Positions 1 through 9,861 of a stretch of 64,000 nucleotides of DNA are shown here, piece after piece. Origin of the DNA: Planctomycetota bacterium (GTDB lineage: Bacteria > Planctomycetota > UBA1135 > UBA2386); NCBI GenBank assembly GCA_041398565.1, contig JAWKUN010000003.1, positions 848,529 to 912,528 on the forward strand, in the 5' to 3' direction. The translations under genes and the position numbers were made by a program. The stretch's first letter is position 1, and every line of letters begins with the position of its first letter. Under the pieces are notes generated by a model. That model was given only the letters and a program-made list of their open reading frames with translations. It did no database searches and was not told the DNA's origin.

Positions 1-1845
1 GTAGGTGGACGAGGACTCGATCTGCAGGGTCTTGGCGGCGAGGAGTCCGGCCAGTCCGACCGTTCCCGGCGTGCTCAGCTGCACCTTGGTGAAGCCCGAT
101 TCCTGCAGGAACTTGAGGACCTCGAGGAACGGCGGGAAGTGGATCTGCAGTCCTTCGTACTGCGGGAAGTCCAGGCTGACGATCGAGTCGAAGATCTTCA
201 GGCGACCCGAGGCCACCAGCTGAGCGATCTCCGGGTCGAGCATCCGTTGCTTGTGCTCGGCCGCTCCCAAGCAGGTGACGACGGTGAAGTCGATGCCGCG
301 GCGCGCGGCCTCGGCCAGCATGCGTCGGATCGTCTTGGCGACCCCGTTGATCTCGAAGAAGGTGTCCGTCATCAGCACCAGCTTCGGGGTCTCGGCGATG
401 TCGAACTCGCGACGGATGTCGCGGATGATGAGCCGGTCCGAACTCTGGTGGAAGTAGGACAGCAGGTAGGGCAGAGACACGAAGACGTTCGACGACACCA
501 GCGATACCGCCTCCTTGATGAGCCGCACGAGGTCGAGGGAGTTGGCCGAACCGATGCGTCCGACGTAGTGGGCAAAGATGCGGTTGACCAGCCCGGTGAC
601 GATCGCGAACGTCTTGTCGTCGATTCGGTGTGCCTCGGCCAGACGCCGCTTGAAGTCGGTGTCGAGGAGCAGGGCGTGCGCTTGTTCGGCCAGCGTCTTC
701 TCGAAGGACTTCGGCCGCGTCGTGCCCGCGCGCGGCGCGATGCGCCGGACGGCTGACTGCAGGAGTGCCTTGCCGCCGATGCTGATCTTCCGGCGCAGCG
801 GCACGCGGCCGCTCTCGAAGGCCAGTTGCAGCAGCGACCCCAACGGGCCACTGACGCCGACCGATCGGGTGCCGTTGTTGCGCTGCCTGCTGCCGTCGTA
901 GATCAGCTTGAGCATGGCGTGCGCCAGAGTGACCGGACCGCCGTGCGCGCCGGCCGCCTTGGTCTCCCGCCGCCGCATGGAGTCGACCAGGTCGTTGGCC
1001 GTCGGGTGGCGGCCGGTCTCGACCAGGAACTCGGTCCAGGTCTGCCCGGGGTTCAGACCGGAATGATCGTCGGAACCGCCGACCATGGTCTTCAGCCAGG
1101 GGGTCGGGCCCTTGGGCTGTAGGCCGTGCTTGTCGGCCAGTCGCTCGATCGTCGCCTGGTCCAATCCGTCGAGGAGACGCAGGGTGAGTTCGTTGAGCGA
1201 CCTTGTCCGGGTTCCGTTCTGCGTCTCGAACCCGTTGAGCAGCACCAAGACCTTCTCGATGTGCTCCGCCGTCAGAGCTCCCTCCCGGCCGTACGGACGG
1301 TTCTGGGTGCTCATGAGCGGATGCGTCATGAAGTAGGTGATCCGATTGCCGCTGCGGTTGCTCACCTCCTGCGCGATCTCGTCGTCGAGGTACGCGATCA
1401 TCTCGTAGAGGTTGCCGCGCAGCCGATCGACCTCGGCGAACTGCGTCTCGGTCACGTTGGCGACGGTGACGTGGATGTTGCAGCCGTCCTCGGGGAAGGT
1501 CGTCGTCATCTCGGCGCTGATGAAGACGTCGGGCAGGCCGGCGTCCAGCAGCTTGCGCACGCCGTCGATGGAGTTGTGGTCTGTGATCGTGACGAGAGTC
1601 ATCCCCTGTGCCTTCAGATCCCGGTACAGCTCGAAGGGATCGGAGTAGGACTCCGGGATGGCGAACGAGTTCGCGGCGTAGTAGTCGGTGACGTTCGATG
1701 CGTAGGAGTGGAGGTGGAAGTCGACCCTGTGGATCCTGCCACCGCTGGTGCCGCCGTCCCCGACGAGGGAGCCAGCACTGCGGTCACGGGAGGGATAGGG
1801 GACCACGGGCGCGGCATGCCGCGACGGACGTTCACGTTTCAACAC
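1..1845 (-). CDS. PHP-domain phosphoesterase fused to a GT-B (GT4-like) glycosyltransferase; the 3' end runs off the window
   Basis: My own translation of the minus strand. It is absent from the ORF track because no stop lies inside the window. GTG at 1845, then RIHRVDFHLHSYASN and TITDHNSIDG (PHP His/Asp metal motifs). Later comes KLVLMTDTFFEINGVAKTIRRMLAEAARRG, a glycosyltransferase N-terminal strand-helix. The + strand ORFs 139..756 and 1126..1995 look like its antisense shadows. Confidence 0.75.
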   Translation of the reverse strand, partial: MLKRERPSRHAAPVVPYPSRDRSAGSLVGDGGTSGGRIHRVDFHLHSYASNVTDYYAANSFAIPESYSDPFELYRDLKAQGMTLVTITDHNSIDGVRKLLDAGLPDVFISAEMTTTFPEDGCNIHVTVANVTETQFAEVDRLRGNLYEMIAYLDDEIAQEVSNRSGNRITYFMTHPLMSTQNRPYGREGALTAEHIEKVLVLLNGFETQNGTRTRSLNELTLRLLDGLDQATIERLADKHGLQPKGPTPWLKTMVGGSDDHSGLNPGQTWTEFLVETGRHPTANDLVDSMRRRETKAAGAHGGPVTLAHAMLKLIYDGSRQRNNGTRSVGVSGPLGSLLQLAFESGRVPLRRKISIGGKALLQSAVRRIAPRAGTTRPKSFEKTLAEQAHALLLDTDFKRRLAEAHRIDDKTFAIVTGLVNRIFAHYVGRIGSANSLDLVRLIKEAVSLVSSNVFVSLPYLLSYFHQSSDRLIIRDIRREFDIAETPKLVLMTDTFFEINGVAKTIRRMLAEAARRGIDFTVVTCLGAAEHKQRMLDPEIAQLVASGRLKIFDSIVSLDFPQYEGLQIHFPPFLEVLKFLQESGFTKVQLSTPGTVGLAGLLAAKTLQIESSSTY

Positions 1846-2058
1846 GGACGAACATGGGAGCTGGGCCCGATGCAGATGAAGACAGAGTCTCGTCAAGATT
1901 GTGGAGTGACGTGCGCCATGCCGTGGTCGAGCCGACCGTCGCACCGATCACCGACCCACTCGACGCTCCGTGAAGGACTCGGGAGGAAACCGTGATGATG
2001 CGGCTCTTCGCGCATTCGCGCGTGTGCGCTTGGGTGCGGAGCGGTATGCGAACGGCCC

Positions 2059-2676
2059 ATGTCGCCATCGATCGAGACGACCCATGATCCGGTCGCGCGC
2101 GGGTGGTCGTTCCTCAAGTGCTTCGTGCGCAATCCGCGCGAGGTCGGCGCCCTGTGCCCCAGCACGCGGCATCTCGGTGACGCGATGCTCATCGGGCTCG
2201 ACCTGCAGCGAGACGACGTCGTCGTGGAGTACGGTCCCGGGACCGGGTCCTTGACCGAGGCGATCCGCCGTCGCAGCGACCAGGTCGGCGGCTTGCGATA
2301 CCTCGGCATCGAGCGCGAGGCCGCGTTCTGCTCGATCTTGCAGCGGCGCTTTCCAGGCTTCGAATTCGCCCATGCCCAGGTCGAGGACGTCCGCTCCCTT
2401 CTGGACGCACGCGGGTTGCCGGCGCCGAAGGCGATCATCTCGGGCCTGCCCTTGATCTTCTTGCCGACGCGGCGGGACATCCTGCGCACTGCGAGCGCCG
2501 TGCTGGGGGGGGGCGGCTCGTTCCGCACGTTCACCTACCTCCAGTCCTGGATCATGCCGGCGGCGCGGGACGTGCGCCAAACCATGCGCAAGAGCTTCTC
2601 CACCTTCGGCTGCAGCTCGGTGGTGTGGCGCAACTTCCCTCCGGCGCTGGTGCTCCGCGGCGACAAGTCCGACTGA
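2059..2676 (+). CDS. class I SAM-dependent methyltransferase
   Basis: 205-aa ORF with SAM-binding motif I, VVEYGPGTGSLT, and balanced amino-acid composition. The substrate cannot be assigned from sequence. Confidence 0.7.
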   Translation: MSPSIETTHDPVARGWSFLKCFVRNPREVGALCPSTRHLGDAMLIGLDLQRDDVVVEYGPGTGSLTEAIRRRSDQVGGLRYLGIEREAAFCSILQRRFPGFEFAHAQVEDVRSLLDARGLPAPKAIISGLPLIFLPTRRDILRTASAVLGGGGSFRTFTYLQSWIMPAARDVRQTMRKSFSTFGCSSVVWRNFPPALVLRGDKSD

Positions 2677-2808
2677 GGCAAGGCGGAGTGAGGCACGGCC
2701 GAGAGGAGGCCGACCGAGCGAGGTTCGCGGGAAGCCGGGTGGACTGCGGTAGGGCCGCGAGTGGCCACGCCGGCGCGGCAGGCTCGCCCCTGCCGCGCGT
2801 GTGCGCGC

Positions 2809-5226
2809 TCAGTCGCGCAGCGGATTGCGGAAGCGGCCGGTGTTGACGAAGCGGTTGTCCACCTCGCCGCCGTCGTTGTCGAGGCACACCCACAGATCGC
2901 CGCGCACCAGGGCCAGGCCCTCGACCTTCTCGAAGGGGAAGAAGGCAGGTACCACGTCGACAGCCAAGGCCTTGACGACCGTGTCGCTGCCGCTCGCCTC
3001 GCCCGGCTGGCCATCGGTGTCCGGGACGAGACCGTCGAGCCGGAACGCCGCCACCGACTTGAGGCGCGTCGGCGCGCCGATGCCCTGGTCGCGCTCGATC
3101 ACCAGGTAGGTGCCGTCGCCGACGCTGAGGATCTCGCTCAGCCCGACGAAGCCGGCGCCGGTCGCGGCCTCGAGCGGGTAGTAGAAGAACTCCCAGTCGC
3201 CGCCGTAGCGCAGGCCGTTCGACGGGGCGCGTCCGCGGCGGATCTGCTCGAGGTCGTAACGGGCGATGCGGGTGTGGGTCGCCGCTTCGCCGTTGAACTG
3301 ACGCTGCACGCACGCCAGCAGGTAGCGTCCGTCGGGCGACAGGGTGACTCCCTCGAAGCCGTTGCCGCGGATGCGCCCGCCGCCGGCCGAACCCACCGCG
3401 CGCCCGCCGATGGCCGGATCGGCCGCGGCGTCGATGTTGCTGGGCATCTGGATCTCGCGCAGCACGCGCCCGAACAGGTCGGTCTGCACGATCAGGTTCG
3501 GGCTGCTGCTGCCGTTGCCTTCGCTGGCCAGGAAGAAGCCGCCGAAGAACGGGATCGGGGTGAGGATCGAGGCGTCGCGCACGATGCCTTCGCCGTCGTA
3601 GCGCGCCTGCGCGCCGTTCTTGGTCACCGGCACCAGCGGCGTCACCGGGGCGAAGGGCGCGCCCAGCCAGACGTGGTAGATCGTCGTCGGCAGGGCGTTG
3701 TCGGGCACCGCGAAGGCGCCTAGCGGCGTGCCGTCGAGGCCGGACAGCGCACCGAACGGACCGGCGAGCGAGAAGAGCTGCGGGCGGTCGCCGTCGTTGG
3801 GCAGGTGGCTCAGGCCGCCGAAGATCGACAGGGTGCCCGAGACCTCGTCGGCGGTGACCACGAGGTTGCGCTGCGGGATGGCGACGACGCCCTCGGGCGA
3901 GATGCCGGTGGGCAGGAGCTGCACGAACTGCGGCTGCCGTGGTCGGGTGATGTCGTAGACCGCCATGAACGAGCCGCGCTCGCTGAGTACGAAGGCGAAG
4001 TCGGTGCGGCCGAAGGTCGCCGTGGTCACCCCTTCGATCTCGGTGCCGCGCGCGTCGCTGCGGCCGTCGGGATACTGGCCGAAGATCACCGCCAGCTGCT
4101 CGAGGGTGCCGGCGTCGTTGAAGACCCGATCGCCGCGCGGCGAGAAGCCGCTCCAGCCGCGCCCGCCCGTGTAGACGAGTTCACCTTCGTCGGCGGTGTA
4201 GAGGACGCTGCCGTCCGGGCTGAAGGCGATCGCATCGGGCTGCAACGGGCCCCCGGCCACCGGGTTGCCGCTGCCGTCCCGCGGCGCCGGGATGGTGGCG
4301 CCGATCGAACTCGGATAGCCCTGCACGAACTCGATGGTGTCGTTGTCGTCGAGGTCGGCCGCCCGTTCGGTGGCGTTGCCGGTGGAGAACAGGCGCACCA
4401 GCGACGGCGCGCGTGGGTCCGAGAAGTCGACGATGGCGATGCCGTTGTTCTCCTGCAGAGTGATCGCCGCGGTGTTGTCGTGCACGTCGACGTATTCAGG
4501 CTGCGCGTCGGCCGGGAAGAGCAGGCCGGCCCGCGTCAGCGCCGCCGCCGACAGCTCGACGTCAGCGACCGTGGCCTCGCCGACCGCCGTAGGGTCGATC
4601 GTCACCACCTGCACCAGGCCCGGCAGCGAGCGGTCTTGCGGGAAGGTCGTGCCGCGCGTGGGGAAGCCGGGAAGGTCTTCGTCGAGCACGAGCTCGTTGG
4701 CGTCGACGACGATGGGCTGGTTCTCGATGCAGACCACCGCCACCAGGCGGCCGCGGCGCTCCACCAGCTTGACGCTGTCGGGTTGGAAGCCGATCGCCAC
4801 CGTGCCGAGCAGCGTGGGGCTCGCCGGGTTGCCGGCGTCGATCACGAAGAGACGACCGGCGTTGGCCGGCAGGCGTGGATCGGGCGCGGGTTGGCCGACC
4901 TGCGGCGGCGTCGTGATGACGGCCGCCACGACGTAGTGCCCGGCGTAGGCGACGCTGGTGGGCTCGCCACCGGTGGTCACGTTGGCCGAGGCCACCGGGT
5001 GTGCGGGGTCGCTGATGTCGACGAAGCCGACCCGGCCGCCGCTGGCATCGCTGTAGGCGAGGGTGCGTCCGTCCGGACTGGCGGCCACGATTTCGGCGGT
5101 GCCGCCGACCACTCCGAAGGAGGCCAGTGGCCGGAAGTAGCGGACCTGCCCTTGAGCTTGGAGGGAGGGGGCTGCGAAGAGCGCGGCGACCGCGAGCGCG
5201 GCGAGAGTGCAGTGGGGAGTGTGCAT
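2809..5226 (-). CDS. secreted beta-propeller / phytase-like esterase family protein (putative phosphoesterase)
   Basis: ORF 2809..5322. The internal ATG at 5226 gives a signal peptide, MHTPHCTLAALAVAALFAAPSLQAQ. The C-terminal part (GFEGVTLSPDGRYLL, LSEILSVGDGTYLVIERDQ, KVEGLAL) resembles the esterase-like-activity-of-phytase family. The N-terminal part (SPDGRTLAYSD...VDISDPAHP) is propeller-like. Confidence 0.65.
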   Translation of the reverse strand: MHTPHCTLAALAVAALFAAPSLQAQGQVRYFRPLASFGVVGGTAEIVAASPDGRTLAYSDASGGRVGFVDISDPAHPVASANVTTGGEPTSVAYAGHYVVAAVITTPPQVGQPAPDPRLPANAGRLFVIDAGNPASPTLLGTVAIGFQPDSVKLVERRGRLVAVVCIENQPIVVDANELVLDEDLPGFPTRGTTFPQDRSLPGLVQVVTIDPTAVGEATVADVELSAAALTRAGLLFPADAQPEYVDVHDNTAAITLQENNGIAIVDFSDPRAPSLVRLFSTGNATERAADLDDNDTIEFVQGYPSSIGATIPAPRDGSGNPVAGGPLQPDAIAFSPDGSVLYTADEGELVYTGGRGWSGFSPRGDRVFNDAGTLEQLAVIFGQYPDGRSDARGTEIEGVTTATFGRTDFAFVLSERGSFMAVYDITRPRQPQFVQLLPTGISPEGVVAIPQRNLVVTADEVSGTLSIFGGLSHLPNDGDRPQLFSLAGPFGALSGLDGTPLGAFAVPDNALPTTIYHVWLGAPFAPVTPLVPVTKNGAQARYDGEGIVRDASILTPIPFFGGFFLASEGNGSSSPNLIVQTDLFGRVLREIQMPSNIDAAADPAIGGRAVGSAGGGRIRGNGFEGVTLSPDGRYLLACVQRQFNGEAATHTRIARYDLEQIRRGRAPSNGLRYGGDWEFFYYPLEAATGAGFVGLSEILSVGDGTYLVIERDQGIGAPTRLKSVAAFRLDGLVPDTDGQPGEASGSDTVVKALAVDVVPAFFPFEKVEGLALVRGDLWVCLDNDGGEVDNRFVNTGRFRNPLRD

Positions 5227-5453
5227 GGAGCGAAGACGAGGAGACGGGCACGCAGCGCGCACCGCGCGCGCCGCAGGCGGGACGTTCCGTTGGTGAAGCC
5301 CCGTTCTTCGCACCATGCCCACGCGGTCGTGCCTGTGCGTGAGACCTTCGTGTGGGGCACGTGAAGATGGCGACCTCCTTCAGCCCGATCGGATGGAGGG
5401 TCCGCGGCGTCAGCTGCATCCGACGGCGAAGTCGGCCCTCGTCTTGGCCGTTC

Positions 5454-6632
5454 CTAGTAGCTCATCGCCAGCGGCGTGCCGAGGGTCAGCACGTTGCTCG
5501 CATCGAGCAGCATGGTCTGCAGGATCAGCGGGGTGCCCAGCGACATCGGCGGGCGTGGCAGGCTGAACACGTGGCTGCCGCTGGCGTCGAGGATGCCGGC
5601 GTCGACGAGGAGGAACGCGACCGGATCGACGAAGACGCGGCCGAAGGGCGTCGCTTGCGACTGGCGCAACAGGCTCACCAGCGAGAAGGCGGCGTCGCCA
5701 GCGTTGCCGCGCACTTCGAGCGGCGACAGGACGCCCTGGCTCGGTGTCTGCCGAGTCAGGGTCGCCACCATCTGCGCGCGCACGCTCGTGCCCGAAGCGT
5801 TGATCGGCGGGCCGCCGTGGCTCGGCTGCAGCGTGATCGAGGGGTCGTAGACGAGGATGCCGCCGCTGGCGCGCACGGCTTCGGTCGGCAGCGCGCTGGC
5901 GCCGTTCCCGGTGCCGGCGACGACCGAGGTGCCGGCGTGGCCGAGGGTGATCGTGCTGTTCGTCGCCACGAGCCCCATTGCGGGTCCCCAGGTGCTGGAG
6001 ATGGCGTCGCCGCCGCGCACGTCGCAGTCGGACAACACCATCGTGCTGTCCAGGGCCTCCAAGCCGACCGCGCCGGCCACGCCGGCGATCAGTTGGCACT
6101 GGCTCATCGCGACGTTGCTCTGCCGGGCGAAAGCGCATTGCACCCCGCCGCTCACCTGGACGTCGAGGACCGAGACGGTGTCCGAGGTCTCGATGTGCAG
6201 ACCGACGATCTGCACCTGCGCCACGCGCAGCGCCTCGAGGTGCACGGTACCGCGGTTGTTGTAAAGGTAGATCCCGGCGGCGCCGCCGGTGGTTCGCTCG
6301 CGGATGAGGAAGCCGCGGATGCTGACCTGCTGCTGCGCCGTAAGGTCGAGGATCGCGAAGCCGGCTTCGGCCTGGCTCGGGCGCACCTCGGCGCCGGCTT
6401 CGCCGACGAAGGTCAGGGACTTGCCCTGGACGATGGTGGCCGAATAGACCCCGGCACGGACCAGGATCTTGTCGCCGTCGGCCGCCATCTGCACCGCCGA
6501 CGGGATGTCGCGCGTGTGGGCGCCCGCACCGTACTGCTGGTCGACGACCCAGACCTGCTGGGCGGGCACGGCGGCGGCGAGGACGAGGAGGAGCGGGAAG
6601 GTGGACTGCATCGATTGCATTGTGGATCGCAT
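5454..6632 (-). CDS. secreted right-handed beta-helix repeat protein, function unknown
   Basis: ORF 5454..6818. The internal ATG at 6632 gives the signal peptide MRSTMQSMQSTFPLLLVLAAAVPAQQ. The body has repetitive short beta-strand turns rich in G, S, T and V. The C-terminal module is shared with three other secreted proteins in this window. Confidence 0.6.
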   Translation of the reverse strand: MRSTMQSMQSTFPLLLVLAAAVPAQQVWVVDQQYGAGAHTRDIPSAVQMAADGDKILVRAGVYSATIVQGKSLTFVGEAGAEVRPSQAEAGFAILDLTAQQQVSIRGFLIRERTTGGAAGIYLYNNRGTVHLEALRVAQVQIVGLHIETSDTVSVLDVQVSGGVQCAFARQSNVAMSQCQLIAGVAGAVGLEALDSTMVLSDCDVRGGDAISSTWGPAMGLVATNSTITLGHAGTSVVAGTGNGASALPTEAVRASGGILVYDPSITLQPSHGGPPINASGTSVRAQMVATLTRQTPSQGVLSPLEVRGNAGDAAFSLVSLLRQSQATPFGRVFVDPVAFLLVDAGILDASGSHVFSLPRPPMSLGTPLILQTMLLDASNVLTLGTPLAMSY

Positions 6633-6887
6633 CGCTTGTTTGGGGGAGGTCTGACGACCGGACGTTCGGATCCGACGTTCGCACCCGTCGTGCCGGAGCG
6701 CTGCAGAAACCGGCGCGTGGGCTCGTGCGGAATCGCACGGCGCCCGTCCCGTCGCGATCGCCGGTGTGGCGCACCCGAAGCGATCCCGGACGGAGACGGA
6801 CCGTGCGCACTCGCTCACTCCGTCGGCTCGGCCACCCGATCCTCGTTACCGTCACGCAACGACAAGGGCAACACGGAGAACGCGTCG

Positions 6888-8069
6888 ATGACCGCCAGCA
6901 TCCTGCAGCTGCTGCACGAAATGGTGCAGCGCAAGGCATCCGACATGCACATCAGGGCCGGCTCCGCGCCGGGCTTGCGCATCGACGGCCGCGTCGTGCC
7001 GCAGCGCGAGCACGGCGTGCTCACTGCCGGTGACACCGCCGATCTGTGCAAGGAGTTGATGTCGGAAGATCAGTGGGAGCGCTTCAGTGCCGAGCACGAC
7101 CTCGACTTCTCGTACGCGGTCAAGGACCTGGCCCGCTTCCGCATCAATGCACTCATCCAGCGTGGCTCGATGGGGCTGGTGATCCGGCAGATCCCCGACT
7201 CCATTCCCAACCACCACGATCTGGGGCTGCCCAAGGTGTGTCTCGACCTCGCCGCCAAGCCGCGTGGTTTGGTGCTGGTGACCGGTCCGACCGGTTCCGG
7301 CAAGTCGACCACGCTGGCGGCCATGATCGACTTCATCAACGAGACCGAGGAGGGCCACATCCTGACCATGGAGGACCCGCTCGAGTTCGTGCACCAGGAC
7401 AAGAAGTCCTTCGTGACCCAGCGACAGATCGGCCAGGACTGCGCCTCGTTCCGCGAGGCGCTGCGCCGCGCCCTGCGCCAGGATCCCGACGTCATCCTGA
7501 TCGGCGAGATGCGCGACCTCGAGACCATCTCGATGGCGATCTCCGCCGCCGAGACCGGCCACCTGGTGTTCGGCACCCTGCACACCACGAGCGCGATCTC
7601 GACCGTGGATCGCATCGTCGATGTGTTCCCGACCGACGCGCAGCAGCAGGTGCGGGTGCAGTTGTCGGGGACGCTGCAGGGCGTGATCTCGCAGACCCTG
7701 GTGCCGAGGATCGGCGGCGGACGCATCGCCGCGCGCGAGATCCTCGTCGCCACCGACGCAGTGCGTTCGCTGGTGCGCGAGGGCAAGTCGGCGCAGCTGC
7801 TGAACCTGATGCAGACCGGCCGCTCTGCCGGCATGTCCACCCTCGAGGACGAGCTCTTGCGCCTGAGCCAGGAGGGACTGATCAGCGCCGACGACGCGGT
7901 CAGCAAGGCCAACCGACCGGAAGACGTCCGGCGTCGCTTGGGCGATGCGCCGCGGCCGAGTTCGCCGGCGCCCGGCGGCTCGTCGCGACCGCAAGCGGCT
8001 GCCGCCGGCACGACGCCGACCCGGCCGCTCGGCAGTCTGCGCGCACGGGCCCAGAGCCTGCGCTCCTGA
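6888..8069 (+). CDS. pilT: type IV pilus twitching-motility ATPase PilT
   Basis: MTASILQLLHEMV..., Walker A GPTGSGKSTT, Walker B/Asp box ILIGEMRD, and GHLVFGTLHT. A GGAGAA sequence lies about 10 nt upstream of the ATG at 6888. There is a Pro/Ala/Ser-rich C-terminal tail of about 40 aa. Confidence 0.9.
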   Translation: MTASILQLLHEMVQRKASDMHIRAGSAPGLRIDGRVVPQREHGVLTAGDTADLCKELMSEDQWERFSAEHDLDFSYAVKDLARFRINALIQRGSMGLVIRQIPDSIPNHHDLGLPKVCLDLAAKPRGLVLVTGPTGSGKSTTLAAMIDFINETEEGHILTMEDPLEFVHQDKKSFVTQRQIGQDCASFREALRRALRQDPDVILIGEMRDLETISMAISAAETGHLVFGTLHTTSAISTVDRIVDVFPTDAQQQVRVQLSGTLQGVISQTLVPRIGGGRIAAREILVATDAVRSLVREGKSAQLLNLMQTGRSAGMSTLEDELLRLSQEGLISADDAVSKANRPEDVRRRLGDAPRPSSPAPGGSSRPQAAAAGTTPTRPLGSLRARAQSLRS

Positions 8070-8082
8070 AGCAAGCCCCGGA

Positions 8083-9339
8083 TCAGTCTCTGCGTCGCTC
8101 GACTTGCGGGGCGCGCGCGAGCGCGCGCTCGAGGTGCGCGGCCAGCTGCCGGCCACGCGCGGCGTCGCCGCGCGCGCAGACCGAGCCGTCGCGGTCGAGC
8201 AGGATCGCGTGCGGCAGCACCTCGATGCCGAAGCGTTGCGCCAGCGGGCCGTCGAGGCCACCGTCGTGCACCAGCTCCCAACCGAAGCCCAGCTGCTTGG
8301 CAGCTTCGCGCACGGTGTCGTCGTCGCTGGCGTCGAGCGCGATGCCGACGATCTCGAAGCCCTGCGTGTGGAAGCGCTGGTAGGTGGCCACGAGGTCGGG
8401 TGCTTCGGCAGACGTGATCGGGCACCAGCTCGCCCAGAAGTGCAGCAGCACGCAGCGACCGTGCAGCGCGCTCAGGTCGATCTCTCGGCCGCTGAGCGCG
8501 CGCGCCCGCCATGCGATCGGGGCCTCGGTCGTCGCGGCTGCTGTCGTCTCGGCGACGGTGGCACCGTACAGCGCGCGCACCGCTCGATCGCGTTCGGGTT
8601 CGCTGAGCGTCCGGTCGTCCAGCAGGCGCCGGACCAACGCCAGGCGCACGCTCGCCACGTCGACGCCGACACCGCAGTGCACGAGCGCCGTCTGCACCCG
8701 GCTGCCCACCGCGGTGGCCGGTTGCTGCAGGTCGAGCGCGCGCATCGCCCAACCCTGCACGCGCACGGGGTCGGGGCTGGCCCGCGCGCCCTCCTCCTCG
8801 ATGGCGTCGAGATACACTCGGCCGACCAGCGTCGCGTGCGCCGGTACCGGCAACTTCGCGTAGCGCGCGAAGTAGGCTTCGAGGTCGCGGACGGCAGTCT
8901 CGTAGTCGCCGTTGAGGAACTGGTACAGCGCGGGGGCATAGCCGACCCCGGCGAGGTCACGGTCGCGGTACTTGTCGAGGAAGCGGCCGAGGCCGGGCGC
9001 GGCGACGTGGGCGTCGGCCGCGCCGGCTGACACGCGCAGGACCTCGGTGAGCTCGCGCACCAGGGGGTCCTGGGCGCGGGGCTCGCGCGGGGCGGGCACC
9101 GGGGCGCCGAGCCGCGGTGGAAGCTCCTTCTTCTGCTGTTCGACCGTTTCCTCGACCTTCTCCGCGACCCTCTCCTTGACCTTCTCCTTGACAGGGGGAG
9201 GGGTCTGCGCGCTGACGTCGATCAGTGTGGCGAGCCCGGCCAAGGCGAATCCCATGAGCCGGGCGCGCGCGGGCGTGGGCGTTCGCCGCGTGAGACTGGG
9301 GGACGCCGAGTCCGATTCCGAGACGGTCAGCGAAGACAT
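8083..9339 (-). CDS. TlpA/redoxin-family thioredoxin-fold protein with an N-terminal helical domain; the active site reads WCPIT (CxxT)
   Basis: The C-terminal part LLHFWASWCPITSAEAPDLV...GFEIVGIALD...VLPHAILLDRDG is a typical TlpA/ResA-like fold. The probable start at 9339 (MSSLTV...RRTPTPARARLMGFALAGLATLIDVSAQ) gives an export signal. Confidence 0.7.
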   Translation of the reverse strand: MSSLTVSESDSASPSLTRRTPTPARARLMGFALAGLATLIDVSAQTPPPVKEKVKERVAEKVEETVEQQKKELPPRLGAPVPAPREPRAQDPLVRELTEVLRVSAGAADAHVAAPGLGRFLDKYRDRDLAGVGYAPALYQFLNGDYETAVRDLEAYFARYAKLPVPAHATLVGRVYLDAIEEEGARASPDPVRVQGWAMRALDLQQPATAVGSRVQTALVHCGVGVDVASVRLALVRRLLDDRTLSEPERDRAVRALYGATVAETTAAATTEAPIAWRARALSGREIDLSALHGRCVLLHFWASWCPITSAEAPDLVATYQRFHTQGFEIVGIALDASDDDTVREAAKQLGFGWELVHDGGLDGPLAQRFGIEVLPHAILLDRDGSVCARGDAARGRQLAAHLERALARAPQVERRRD

Positions 9340-9519
9340 CCAGCGACCGAGGTCGACACAGGGGCTGGGAGTGTATCCCGCCCACGCCGCCGGGTAACTC
9401 CGCCCGGAGCGGGGGTGCCGCAACTTTCGCTCGGTTCCCGGGGCTTGGCGCGCGCCGCGCTGGCGTTATCTTCGCCTCATGTCGGCCCACCGGGCCGGAC
9501 GAAGTCCTTCCAGGAACGC

Positions 9520-9822
9520 ATGAAGATGCCCAGACTCCTCTTGCTGTCGAGCGCAGTCGCCCTGCTCGGGGCGGTCGCCCCCGCCCAGCTCGGACCCGAC
9601 CCGCGTGACCAGATGCGGCAGATCGCCGACAAGGTCGCCGAAGAGATGAAGGAGATCGACCGCCTGCTCACGTCGCGCGACACCAGCGGTGCCGCCGCCG
9701 GCGCGCTCGAGCGCAGTGCCGCAGGCATCGACAAGATGCTCGACGGCGCGCAGACCTCGAACAAGCGCGTCCAGCAGGGGATCGAGGAGCTGATGGCGCA
9801 GCTCAGCAAGTGCGGGCTTTGA
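9520..9822 (+). CDS. small secreted helical protein ending ...KCGL-TGA (possibly the N-terminal part of a longer product)
   Basis: ATG at 9520 gives the signal peptide MKMPRLLLLSSAVALLGAVAPAQ. This is followed by a helical, charged sequence. The stop is TGA at 9820-9822. Confidence 0.55.
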   Translation: MKMPRLLLLSSAVALLGAVAPAQLGPDPRDQMRQIADKVAEEMKEIDRLLTSRDTSGAAAGALERSAAGIDKMLDGAQTSNKRVQQGIEELMAQLSKCGL

Positions 9823-9836
9823 AGCGGTGGTGGTGA

Positions 9837-9854
9837 GGGCTCTGGTCAGAGCCC
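9837..9854 (+). promoter_or_regulatory. perfect 7-bp hairpin with a GGUC tetraloop, starting 14 nt downstream of the in-frame TGA (SECIS-like candidate)
   Basis: GGGCTCT (9837-9843), GGTC (9844-9847), AGAGCCC (9848-9854). A possible lower helix pairs 9824-9829 with 9863-9868. No T-tract follows, so it is not a classical terminator. Confidence 0.45.
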
Positions 9855-9861
9855 GCAAGAC

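Noticed and set aside
2505-2513. A G9 homopolymer inside the methyltransferase gene (encoding LGGGG) could be a phase-variation tract.
   Set aside because: At this G+C content several runs of this length are expected by chance in 64 kb. The ORF is intact and there is no supporting context.
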